From NCBI GenBank assembly GCA_964106645.2, contig OZ067038.1: 64,000 nucleotides of DNA. One strand, written 5' to 3'. Position 1 is the stretch's first letter, and each line of letters starts with the position of its first letter. Below the pieces are notes generated by a model. That model was not told the DNA's origin, searched no databases, and saw only the letters and a list, made by a program, of their open reading frames with translations. The position numbers and the translations under genes are program-made. This DNA comes from Podarcis pityusensis (lineage: Eukaryota). Shown here piece after piece: positions 39,700-51,841 of this stretch.

Positions 39700-40112
39700 C
39701 ATGAAAGCACAGCCCAAACGACCATGGGAGTGAAGCACCTTCCTTATGAAGAAAAGTTACAATATTTGGGGATTTTAGTTTTGAAGTAAGAAATGATGTA
39801 GTCGGCTGTGACAGGTCTATAACATTATTGCTAAGGGAGAGAAAGCGGATTTAGAAGTTTTTATTCCTTTTACATAACAGAGCATTGTAGAATCAGAGTA
39901 TCAGCTCATAACATCAGCAGTATACCATGACTGTTAGCAGCGGATGAAACTGGCATATAATGCAGGATTGGCAAAAGAGAGACTTGTTTCACGTGGTGCA
40001 CAATTAGTGTATAGAATTTATTGCTATAAAATGAGGTAGCGACTAGTTTAGATGGCTTTAAAAGGGGGTTAGAAAACTGGATGAGATTTCCTTTGGCTAC
40101 TAGTAATGATAG

Positions 40113-40155
<43 letters not shown>

Positions 40156-40157
40156 TG

Positions 40158-40190
<33 letters not shown>

Positions 40191-40375
40191 CCTGTGGTTC
40201 AGAAGCAAGTATTATGCTACTGAACGCCGTTGCTGGGTAGCAGCAAGAAGAAAGAGATACTGTCATCATGTCCTGCTTGAGTTTCCAGAGGCATCTAGTT
40301 GGCCACTGTTGAAGAAAGAAATACTTCAAGAAGGCATATTTGTATCATACTGGTCTTTTAAATCTTGGATGTAGG
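39700..40375 (+). mobile_element. Degraded CR1 LINE 3' region
   Basis: HLPYEEKLQYLG-like CR1 ORF2 remnant; tttagatggctttaaaagggggttaga; catctagttggccactg. Confidence 0.65.
40116..40190. repeat. Compound palindromic microsatellite (TG)n(CG)n...(CA)n
   Basis: Seen directly. Confidence 0.95.
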
Positions 40376-40809
40376 ACCAACATCCACCAGCTGATGTTCT
40401 TTTGCATGCAAACTAAATAATGGGTTACCAGTTGAAGTTGCTGCAGGAGGATCAGTGCTGATATACAGCTGGGAGTAACATAGGAAGGCATATTAAGAGA
40501 GACATTTTCTGTGAAAGGTGATCCATTTACAACTGGGGCAACTTCTGATGACTTAAAGGAACAGAGAATTTCTGATGACTAACGCTTCAGATTAAGATAC
40601 TCATCAGTTTGAAAAATGGTTTGTTTTTGGCATAATTTGATGTCATATGGAGACTGTAACAAAATTTGATGTGTTTTGTTTTTTGCAAACTTTTTTCTGA
40701 TTTCCAGTTGAAATATTATGCTTTTATACAGTTTAAAGAGTGATTTCCCTCCCTTATTTACCATTTTTTATAAATTCCTGTCCTTTGTGGAAATGGTGAA
40801 TTCTTAGCC

Positions 40810-41292
40810 ACAAGACCACATAACACTGGTCTTGAAAGACCTACATTGGCTCCCAGTAAGTTTCTGAGCACAATTCAGTTTGTGCTGACCTTTAAAGCCC
40901 TAGTGTTGGTACTGACCTTTAAAGCCCTAAACTGCCTTGGTCCTGTATACCTGAAGGAGCGTCTTCACTCCCATCGTTCAGCCCGGACACTGAGGTCCAG
41001 CTCCAAGGGCCTTCTGGCAGTTCCCTCACTGTGAGAAGCAAAGTTACAGGGAACCAGGCAGAGGGCCTTCTTGGTAGTGGGGCCCACCCTCTGGAACACC
41101 CTCCCATCAGATGTCAAAGAAATCAACAACTATTCAACTTTTAGAAGACATCTGAAGGCAGCCCTGTTTAGGGAAGCTTTTAATATATGATGAATTATTG
41201 TATTTTAATGTTTGGTTGGAAGCTGCCCAGAGTGGCTGGGGAAACCCAGCCAGATGGGCGGGGTATAAATAATAAATTATTATTACTATATT
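40810..41292 (+). mobile_element. L2 LINE 3' end (ORF2 C-terminus remnant + 3'UTR + TTA tail)
   Basis: Translates to HIT.VLKDLHWLPV...KALNCLGPVYLKERL...RTLRSS...LWNTLP...FRRHLKAALF; ends tataaataataaattattatt. Confidence 0.85.
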
Positions 41293-43111
41293 ATATATAC
41301 CTTGTTTACTGTAATCTGGCAAAACAGGTTTATTGTTTTGTTAATTAAATTCTCAGGTGTGTTTTTTTTGCTCTTGTTCCATTGTAAAATGTATGCTATA
41401 CCGAAACAGCAAGGAATAATATATTTTTAAATAAGGGGTTAGGCGATCCACAAGTCCAAATTTACTTGGTATAGTGATCCATTGTTTTATTATCAAATGA
41501 ATTTTGGATGCCATGTCTTTGTCAGCCGTTGGTTTCATGCATTTTTATTTCAAGTTTGCCTAATTATAACTGCTACTTGGGACACCCAAGTAAACGTTTA
41601 CTTAATGCTGCTATTATGTGGAATTTGTTGCAATATTTATAAAACTTCCAAAGTTATTCACAGTATTGTTTATGGGAATGTTAAGAACACCAGCCATCTG
41701 ATTGTACAATATTGCTTCATAAGCTATAAAATGTTATTCTAGAAACATATGGGTACACAAGTAGTATTAAATACAATGGAGTATTAATATTTTTAATATT
41801 CACGGTAAAGTTCATTTTAGCATGTAGCAGTGGTTTGTCTGAGCTTGTATTTGGCCAACAAGTACTAATGTATGTTCACATTAGTAGCTTGAAACTCAGT
41901 GAGGTCATTTGCATGGAGATGCCTTCATGTGACCTTGTGGTTTCCTTTCCCCTGCAACTCCTATGGAACTTCTGTGCATTACACTTTCACCTTCTCTTCC
42001 ATGCTCATCTGCACTTGTGTGATGACTACTAGTGTCTTTTCACATTGCAGTTTACTCTGCATCCAGTTTTCTAATTGGATGGCAGCTAGTCTGAGTAAAA
42101 ACACGTTCAACAGCAGTATTTTTCAAGGAACAACAGGATTGATATAGACTGTGGCTAAGGTTGTGTGAATTTGGCTTCCGGAGTTTTAAATGGTCCCTGA
42201 ATTTTTGGGAGATCAGCACTCTCCCCCCACCCAAATGTAGATTTCAGACAGTGTTGGAATTTTTTCCATAGTAAGGTGCAACACACCTAACCCTGTAGAC
42301 TGCTATGGAATGATAGAGTTCTGCTTAAAATCTATTAATATTTTAATTTTTGAACTGCCTTGTTTACTGTGTATTTTAAAAATTGAAATTGACAACCTGT
42401 GTGTCTGAAGTCATGTGCCTCAGAATGGGGTGTGAAAAGGTTTGCAGTATTGCTTGAGCAACTGACATGATCAGTGTTGCAAGAGAGGAAGAACACAGGT
42501 ATTAACAGTTCACAAGTTCTTCTACTTCATTCCTGGCTATTTGGGCATATTGGAAAATCTTAAGCACAATGTATTTATTCATTGAAGTAAAGCTAAAATA
42601 AGTCTTGGGGATTGCTGACAGTATGATGGGGGAAAGTGCTGCAGTTTAAGAATATTCTTCAGCAAAATTACATGAAGGAAAACTTGCATAGCTATATCTT
42701 TTTTTGTTTGTTTGTTTGTTCTGCGCACAGATTTTATTTTTTCTTCTTCTTTTTTCATAAATTTTTATTAAATTTCAATACACTTAAACAATTGTATCCA
42801 AATTTCACAAATTATCTCTTTTTGGACTTCCTTCAGCTTCTCTGATAATCTTCCATATTTACCTCTTCATTGCACATTCCCTTTATTTGTATTGCATAGC
42901 TATATCTTCTGCCTCAGGCTGCAGCCTTATTTTCAAGCATTACCACTAGTATTTTTAATTTTGTGCATGCTTTCTTAGGAGTACATCCCACTGAATTCAT
43001 TGGGTCTTTCTTCCAAGATGACTTTAGGTTCATAGACCTTGATAGCTGCATCCTCAGAACTGTGTCTACCCCACAGAATCTGGTGCCTGACAAAGTGGAA
43101 ATTCTGCTGCC

Positions 43112-43238
43112 ATGAGCCCTCCAGCTGCGAATCCCAAGATTTTGTATCGGAATTCCCGCCTTCTCCGTATGGTGTTCCTGCAGCTCCACCGGCAACAGAG
43201 AGCTGACTTATTTTGTGATGTTGTCCTACAAGCAGAAG
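43112..43238 (+). CDS. BTBD18: BTB domain-containing protein 18, coding exon 1
   Basis: gctgccATG Kozak; MSPPAANPKILYRNSRLLRMVFLQLHRQQRADLFCDVVLQAE-G; upstream acceptor ccccacag|43077; donor G|gtaata (phase 1). Missed by the ORF track. Confidence 0.93.
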
Positions 43239-44417
43239 GTAATACTTAAAGCTGGGAGGGTTTAAGTTAAGGGTGCTTTGCTTCCTAACAGAGTTGGAAA
43301 TTCCCAGGTGCCTGGAAATTCCTGGCCAGCACTTATGCTTTAAGGATCCAGCACCTAAAATTTTGACAGTGACTCCTAGAAATTTCAAGTATTTTTCAAG
43401 CTTAGACTGCATGGTTAACAAAAAGGAAACATCCGCAACAATTAATTAATGATGTTTATGGCCTATTGGATGTGATAGATGGATTTCCCAGAGCCTGTTC
43501 TCAGTGTCATAGGGTCCTTAGAAATGTAGGCAGCTTTCTTGCAATGAGTAGAACCCATTGGTCCATCTAACTCAATAGTGTCTAAACTTAACTAACAGCA
43601 GCCATGGATTGAAGGGACTTTTTGCATGCAAACCTGAGCCACCACTGGTTTTCTCTCCCAAAGCAGTTGACATCAATTAAACTTGGTCTGCTGGTCACTG
43701 GATAGGTGTGCTTCCCTTCTGTTCTGCAGTTCCAGGACAGCTTAACTCTCCCATTGAAATCAAGGCTTTGCAGTGCTGAACTTCGGCTAGATTATGCCTA
43801 GAGTTCTTAACCATGTGCCTCTCCAGTATAGTGGTGTTTTTATGATAGCAAATTGTTCTTTGTTTGTAAAATGCCTGCTCACAAACAAATGTGAGTACAA
43901 ATCCACTGAGAACTTCTCCTAAGCAAACCCAGTTGAAACAAACAAGAGTATATGTGTACTGGGAAAAGTCTGTGTATGCTTATAATAATGTATAGTACAT
44001 CTTATGCTGTGAATTGCTTTTTGCTAGTGCTTAAGTGCCCTCAAAGCTGAGAGGGCAGAGAACAGGGTGAGCTAAAATAACTTATTTTTTCCAACCATTC
44101 TGTTCTTTATTTTAATTGTATCATGTCCAGAAGGAATTGTAAAAATAAGTTTTAACAGTTTTAAATGAGCTGCTGAGACAGACTCATAAGCAGACTGATC
44201 GTAAAACTAAATGGTTTTATGCTATAATATGCCTCAGTACGTAAGAAGGATTAAACAGTACAGCTCTATAATTAGTCGTGAGATAACACTTGGGGAATCT
44301 CAAGAAAAATGTTTATTTAGGGGCTGGAACACTTTGGGACCAACTTCTGTCCAGAGGGGGCAAATATCTGGTTTTCTTTGTTGATACAGTACCTGCTAAC
44401 AATTGTGTTGTTTCCAG

Positions 44418-46429
44418 GGGAAGCTGTTCCAGCTCACTGTTGCATTCTATCAGCCTGCAGCCCTTTCTTCACAGAGCGTTTGGAGCGAGAAATGCCCCCC
44501 AAAGGACACAAGGTGGTGCTAGAGATCCGGGGGCTGAAAATTGGGACTTTACGTAAGCTGGTGGATTTCCTCTACACCTCTGAGATGGAGGTGTCCCGGG
44601 AAGAAGCCCAGGATGTTCTTGCAGCTGCACGGCAGCTTCAGGTGTCAGAGCTGGAGTCACTTCATCTAGAGGGAGGAAAGTTGGTCAAAAAATCCCTGGG
44701 CCCTAGATTAAATCGGGATTGCCTACAGCTATCTAGTCCATTATCCATCCCAGAGTTAACGCTGTTGCAGTCTCCCCCTGCCTGCAGTGGTAGTTCCTTG
44801 ACGTCATGGCTGTCTTCAAATATGCAGCACACTGTAGTGAAAGTTCCATGCACCAAGGAAATGGATAACAATAGCAGCATTGTCCAGAAAGCTGTCAAGA
44901 AGGAAAAACCAGAAGCATTGACGAGTGGGAATGAAGACCAGATGCCTAAAGATCCAGCAGTTACCGCCGAGCCCCTTAGAACTAAAGTTAAAAAACGTCT
45001 TACAGGCATGGGAAAGAATATATTAGGCAATAATGAGCATGACAGTTTGCGGACACAGGATGGGACTGGTGATAGCCAAGCTACAACCAGCTTGCAAGAG
45101 TCAAAAAAGATTAAGCTCAGTCGCTCAAAGCTCCCCTCATCACCTTTGCCTGTACCATGTGCTATCAAAGACACTGTGGAATCCAGCAAACCCTCAAGGT
45201 CCAGCAGACGTCACTGGAGGCAGAAAAGTCTTCCGATCAAAGATGAGCAGAAAGAAGCAGAAGATAGCCATTTGTATGGTTTCTGGAGCCCGCCTCTCCC
45301 TCCAGAGGCTGCTAAGAGCAGAAAGCGCAACGCCAGTGAACCTTGTGTTAGCTGTCCCCAAAATGCAGGGCAGATTGGCCGGGTAAGGCTCAGAAAAGCT
45401 ATCAATGGCAGCTGCTGGGAGGTGGTGCAGGAATCTCCCTCAGCTCAGGCCACCAGGCCAGCAAACTCTATGTGTGCTGTGAAAGAGGAGGGCTCTCGAT
45501 CTCCGCCCAGGTATCCTGAGCCGGAAGGAGTAGATGCACAACAGTCAGTCACCTCAACTAGATGTCTGCCAACAAAAATACAAAGTCCACCTCTTAATGA
45601 GAAGAACCTGGGAGAACAAGCTGAGAACAAGGTATCCTTGGAAGATGGAGACCCTTATAAATTGGATCTGTTTCTGCTAGACCATCTGACTGAGGATGTG
45701 CAGTATGACAAGCTGGTTTCAGCTGGTGAGTTGGAACACATGCTTGATATGTTTCTGGCAGATGATGGTGATGCTGTTGAGGAGCCTCAAGAGGCCACTA
45801 TTCCTGAAGGCATGAATATTTTATGGCCTGCACCAGGAGCAAATGAGTGTCCACTAGAATGTGCTGAAGTTGAAAGAAAAGATATGTGCTCTCCAGAAGT
45901 CTCTGACTGTCCTCCGTGGGTCAAGACCCAAAACAGTCTCCTAAAAGGGGAACTGGAGGCTGTTGACATGAAGATCAGCAGAGAAGCTCATGGCTCAGCA
46001 AATGGGAGACCCTTGCTAGACCCTGTTCCCAGCTACTTTCCATTTGTGAAGTCTGAAACCAGCAGTGACTGTTTTACCTGGTACAAACCAGCTTCTCCCC
46101 AACTGGATGATTGGACAGCTCAGCATCAACTGCCCCTGTCAGAGAATATGCCTGCAAACCTTGGTGATCCTTTGCCCATCACTTTGGCAGACAATGAAGA
46201 CCGGGGTTTTTTGTCCTATGAAGTGGGTATCTGTGGTGTCGAAACACAGCTCCATGCTCAGACTTTGCAGAAGAGCCCTTTGCAACACCACTTGGGCTAT
46301 AAGGTGCCTCCATGCTTGGAAGAGGAAGAGATAGATGTCGGTGGGGTAGACGAACTCTTGGTTAGCATCGAATGCGTCAGGCCAGACCCCTCTCCGGTGT
46401 CTGAAACCGAGGTGGATGTTGTGAACTAG
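44418..46429 (+). CDS. BTBD18: BTB domain-containing protein 18, coding exon 2 (total CDS 2139 nt, 712 aa)
   Basis: Acceptor tttccag|GG; GEAVPAHCCILSACSPFFTERLERE...LRKLVDFLYTSEMEVS BTB fold; conserved GRVRLRKAINGSCWEVVQE block; TAG at 46427-29. Confidence 0.95.
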
Positions 46430-49330
46430 TGAATGCAGACCATGGGAAGGAGTTGCCTTGACTACCCAGGGGCTGTGAGGGGTCAGGCCTGATGTCAAAA
46501 GGTCTGCTGGTCAGGCTAAGAAGGGCCCACTGCTACCCTGCTCACCTCGGTGCCAATAGGATCCCATCGGGCATTGCTGCTGCTACTTGCTACCATTGCC
46601 ATTGGCTCATTATCCCTCTCCCTTGGTGTATTTATCCTGGAGGCAACAGCACTTGTGGTTAAAGGGGAGCCTCAAGCCTGTGGTGGGCAGCCGCTATGCC
46701 AAGTCTCCCAAAATGCAAAGTATATGGGGACCTTGGGGGACATTCAGCGTCATGGCTGCCTGCTGCAGGCCAAAACTGAACTGAGACTTGGCTGAGATGT
46801 CTTCCCAACTGAAAGCGGGAAGCCTGCTTGGGGATGAGTGTGTGACACAGTAAGCAGCAACGCCACACCTCATCCCCGTCACCTCTCTCTTGGGACCATC
46901 TGGACTGTTGGACTTCCTTGGTGTGGTGGTAATGGTGAGCTGCAGTGCACCCTTTAACTTAGCTCTCTCCCCTGGTTTTGCTTTCTCGCTTGCCCAGTGC
47001 AGTGCACTTCGGATTTCAGCCTGCCATGGCCTCTCTCCCACACATGACCACCCCCTCCCTCATGGACACAGGTGACGATGTCAGCCTTCCTGTGACACCT
47101 GCCAGGACAGAGAACTCAGCTGCTGAACTGAGCCTCCCCATTGCCAGGCTGCCCTGCTTGAAAAGGTGGAGAATAAAAAACTAACACGCACTGCCATGAG
47201 AGGAGAGGAGGGTGCCTCAAAGTAGGGGCAGCATCACCATGTCAAGGTCTCATTAAAGTCTGGCCCTGTGTGGGATAGACTTCGGTGCCACACTTAAAAT
47301 CCTTGATGGGGCTGTGGTAAATAAATACATTAGTAGTATCTTACAGTGCTTTTGGAGTGCCGAGGGAAAAGTGCCCCCCCCCCGGGAATTCCAAATGGTA
47401 GGCGGGGTTATTTTACTATCATCACCCCCTCGGCCTTATCTAATCATGACTGTTACGTTTGTAACTCAGTTTTCTATACAGTGCAGGCTGGCAGGATTCC
47501 TGGTCTGCTTTATAGGATAGGTAGAAGCTAGAAACTAAAAAACTGAAACATCTAGCAGTGGTTCTGTCAAAAAGTAAGGAAATGTTAATGGTGGGGAAAG
47601 TCTTTCTCATGCACTAAAACTGCACATGAGCACGGTCTGTTTCAGTTCTATTTATAGCAGGAGGGCCACCAGTCCCCCCCCCCCAATAATGAAGGAGGGT
47701 ATAGCTGCCCCAAGGTGAACAAAAAGGGCTTTCTAAATACACAGGAAGTGTGGCACTCACAATTCAGTGAACAAAGTCAGTTGTGCATTCTAGGGTAACC
47801 AGAGAGTGACTGTGTTCTCAGTGACTCAAACTTATAGTTTGTTTGTGGCTTTAATTTTAATTTTTAATGGTAGGCAGCCAAAGCAACTTTTAGGCCTTGC
47901 TCCCTGCCCCACCCTCTTAAAACCCAATCTGGTGAACAGTTACACCAGCAGCACAACTTGGGAGTAGAAGGGACTTTACAACACTGGAGAAGACATGGGT
48001 GGTGGCCTACTGTTCCCACCAGCTGTGTGCACACATCAAACACTTTATCACAAAGGTCACACTGGAGCTAGAAACAGCAGCATGACTTTTGCTGATGCCT
48101 CTCACTGCATCTGCTGTACTCTTGAGTGGGTGCTCTTTGGGCTGCACTGCAAAAGCTCGGGGCATTTATTGGAGCAGCTGCCTGGAAATGTTAAAAGCCC
48201 CTTCAAGGCTGTCTTTTCTCTACTTCTGGTAGGACCGACCACTTTCACTGGCTATTAATGCTGGCTAACCGTCTGTGGAAGCTGATTTAGTAAACAGTCA
48301 CATGCCCTGCTGATTTTATTTTATTTTGTACAGAGATGGCTTTCCAAAGTCTAATAACAGGTTAAATCACTTGTTTTACATTCAAACCATTTTCCTTGTT
48401 TACAGCTTATTCAAGGAGAGGTGTATTCAAGTGCAGTGACCCATGCCTCCATGACCCTGTGCCAACTACTTCCTTTTGATAGCCCAAAGCTCTCATTGTA
48501 CAGAAAACAATCTGAAGAGTAGACGGCACAAAGGCCATAAGAAATGTTGAGTTGTGACTTTGTTCAATTAAAGTTCCTATATTTCCCCCCCGAGTTGTCT
48601 TTATTTTGTTTAAACTTATGGCAGCTTATGGTTTAGTTGCAGCACTGGTAGAAAAGAAACAAATTGCACACAAGAAGCTTGTTAGAAACAGGATAAGGGA
48701 AAAGCTGATATTATGGAAGAATCATCATCTAGAAAGGAAGTTACTGCAGGATATATAGGCAGATCATGGCACCAGATTTAGCTAGAACAAAATGGAAAGA
48801 AAGGGCTCCAGAGATTTACAAATGACATCCTTTTTGCAGTTAATGAACGAGATAATAAAGCATGCTGAATGTTAAGGTAGGTTTGCAAAAACCCTGTGCA
48901 GTTGCACAGGATTGTGATAGCAGTGGCAAGTCCTTCTAGCTTCCAACACCTAAGACATGCCACACTGATTTTTATGCTGCTTAAGGAAAGATAAGGGCTT
49001 CACTACTGAAGGGCAACTGCACAGGATCCAGAAGAACCACTTTTATTTAGGGGCTTGTCCACATTTATTGCTTACCCCATACTTTCTAAACACTGTTCTG
49101 TTTGCCCCACCGCTTTCCCCAGGAAAACCTGTTTAGTGCCAAACTGGAACAAACATCAATCTGCAGAAAACTTAATTGATGACAGGTTTTTTCCAGGGGA
49201 AACAGCAGGACAAGTGGAAGTGTAGATGGGGCCTTAGTGAAGCTGTAGCACATGCTGCACTAAGGTTTGTCTAGCCAGATGCTGTCCTAACTGAACAGAA
49301 TTAAGTATAAGGCATGACAACAGTTAAAGC

Positions 49331-49336
49331 TTTATT
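49331..49336 (-). terminator. SELENOH: SELENOH polyadenylation signal AATAAA
   Basis: tttatt on +, ~100 nt downstream of the SECIS. Confidence 0.7.
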
Positions 49337-49429
49337 GAAAAACACCATTTGCCCATCCCCAAATGACTAACAAAGCAAAAGGGTAAAGGGATCAGGAAAC
49401 AAGCAGCTGGTACGTTCTTCCTTTCGTGG

Positions 49430-49515
49430 AGGAGGGGCAGCAGCTTCAGAGATGCGACTGGAGTTTCATTATTTACCCCACTTAATCATATCCCATCATG
49501 GATGCTCCACCTCTC
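49430..49515 (-). promoter_or_regulatory. SELENOH: SECIS element (type 2)
   Basis: AUGA(49499-96)-UGGGAUAUGAU...GUCGCAUCUCU-GA(49447-46) core and helix II; unpaired AAG; apical mini-stem UGGGGU/ACUCCA. Confidence 0.88.
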
Positions 49516-50154
49516 ACACAGGACGAAGTGTTCATCGGCTGTGCTAGATGCAAGGACAGACAGCCATTAGCCACAGATCTTGCTCAGTAGAAAGCAAGCT
49601 AATGCACCATTCATATACTATGCTGAGTAGCTGCGGGGGGTATGCTCTTGATTTCACCCCCTTCCCTTAGGAGATGCCAGCACAGATGGATAGCACAGCT
49701 ATGATCCAAGATTCCCAGAGCTGAAAGGGAGGGGGCACCCTTTCCCCCTCCCTTGCTGCCACCTCTACACCCATATGTAATTAGGCCAGTGGCTGCATAC
49801 TGCCAACCTGTGCTGTAGGTGATAGTGTACAAGACAGATGGATGGATGAGCAGTCCTTGAAATATGTGACTTAATGATGGGAGCAGTTAATTTGCCTTTC
49901 TTCCCAATTCATCCTCTACCCAGCCCGGGGGAGGGGGGGGGAGACAACAACAACAACAGAGAGACCACAAAAGAATGACTAGCTTTTAGTCCTATTTCTT
50001 GCTCCAGGCAGTAATCATTTAAAACTACATAGGAATTGGAGTGGTGGTGGTGGTGAGGCCAGTCCAATAAGGCACTGATGTCCAGCAGATCTCGGAAAAT
50101 ATGGCTGCTACATTGTACAAACCTACCATTGGTAATCCTGCCCAGTTGTTTGCT

Positions 50155-50255
50155 TTATTCTAGGTTGCCCTTCAGCATTTCAACCACTTTGTTTGGTTCG
50201 GGAAACTTGAGCTTCCGTGGTGGCCCTTTCTTGAGGCCGCTCCATAACTCCACCT
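50155..50255 (-). CDS. SELENOH: Selenoprotein H, coding exon 3
   Basis: ttttttag|AG; (K)VELWSGLKKGPPRKLKFPEPNKVVEMLKGNLE*. Confidence 0.96.
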
Positions 50256-50928
50256 CTAAAAAACCCAATAAAGACAAAATCAATAAAGACAGAAGACAAC
50301 TCACCAGCAGCATTTCTATTGTGTTACTTCCAGTCAGCCACAAGCACGCAGCCAAGACGCCATGTCCCTCTGCTGGCTTGTAGGTAGGGTTGTGTGCATT
50401 CATTAAACTATTGGTTGCTCTCACAAATAACTGGACATAGCAGTAGCTGAGCCAGTTACATCTCCAGTTGCCCAAGATCTCACACGTTGAGCCAGTTCTA
50501 CAGCTGAGCTTGTGTGTGGAGTGGTGGAAAGAGAAACCGAATCTAACCGGACCACTGGGCTAAAGCTTGATCAAAGAGCTGCTATGTAGGTCTTGCCAAA
50601 CATTCAGCCCAGTATCCTGCTCCAGTTCAGAGAAACCCTGTGAGCAAGGCTCCAGGTGATAACTGGAGCAGCTAATAGTGCTGGAAGTTGTGCAAGCCAC
50701 CTCTGGAGAATTCCCAGTCTCTCTTGGCACTGCCTGCCCACTCATCTTCCAGCAGCAACTAGCTTCTTGGACTTGCAGCAGCAAAGGGGAGTAAGGGATA
50801 AATAAGCAGGTAGAAAGCACAACAGAAGTGGAAGGGGAACCTCAGAATATGGCTATGGTATCTGGTTGAAACCTCAGCTAGCCCAGCTTTTTGATACGTT
50901 AGAGAGAATGACCTGGAAGTAGGTAAGT

Positions 50929-51045
50929 CAGGGGTGGGGAACTGTGGCCTTCCAGATGTTAAGACTTCAGCCACTCTGGCCCATGGTCTGGGATTATGGG
51001 ATTTTAGCCCAGCAACATCTGTTGGGCATGGATTGTCCACATCTG
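50929..51045. mobile_element. Palindromic hAT MITE (degraded)
   Basis: caggggtggggaactgtggccttccagatgtt...caacatctg. Confidence 0.65.
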
Positions 51046-51841
51046 GTTTCCTTTTTATGCCAGCACACCCACTCTCTGTACGGTGTCACTGTTGAAGGTT
51101 GGAGGAGTATTTACTGAATCCATCAAATCTAATAAACTGTTACAGGCACCACAAAATAACCATTTCACCTGGGGTGGGGGGTCTGGCAATTATTAGATCC
51201 TGCCACCAAACAGTTACAACATTATCAGACACATTCCGAAGCAGACAAAGACTACAGATAAAACATCTGACCACCTCACCCCACTCCTGAAACAGGCAAC
51301 CCATCCTAACAAAAAACACACAACCCTCAAATTTAAAACTAATTAAAAATTAGGAGAAGCAGAGGATTTTGGTTGGTGCTAAGTGGTGCCCTCAGATGTC
51401 ACACTAGGGATCCCAGCAATAAGATGTTCAGGTGCTGATCTTTCAGCCTCAAATTTCTAGTTATGTACATTCTGATGCGTACATACAGGGAACCACAGCT
51501 ACTATTTATGGTCACACAGCCACCCCCCACCCCCAAATTCTATGGCACAAACCACAGCTGGGGAGAGATACAGAGTGTTTTCTGATTTGCAGTGGGATAT
51601 GGAGAAGAGCACAAGGCAGCCTAATTGCTTTTTGTACTTGGGCACCCTTATGGCTTGGTGAGTGGATTTGTGAACATCTGGTCACACATATTCTAGGCAG
51701 ATGAAAACTACACCAAGAACTCACTGCCGAAGGTTTCTCTACCAAGCTATATTTGGGGTATCACTAACCCCAAATAGATATGGCAACTCCAGGGAGGTCC
51801 CTACTGTCTCTCACTGAGAAGCCTCCCTTGAAAGCACTTAC

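Larger units (their letters stand above)
49310..49720 (-). other. SELENOH: SELENOH terminal non-coding exon (3'UTR)
   Basis: Donor ATG|gtaggt at 50127/50126 and acceptor ccccctccctttcag|49720; contains the SECIS and AATAAA. Confidence 0.65.

Noticed and set aside
44378-44417. N-terminus MLIQYLLTIVLFP of the 683-aa ORF
   Set aside because: Intronic read-through from a TTG; the real start is at 43112 and splices in at 44418.
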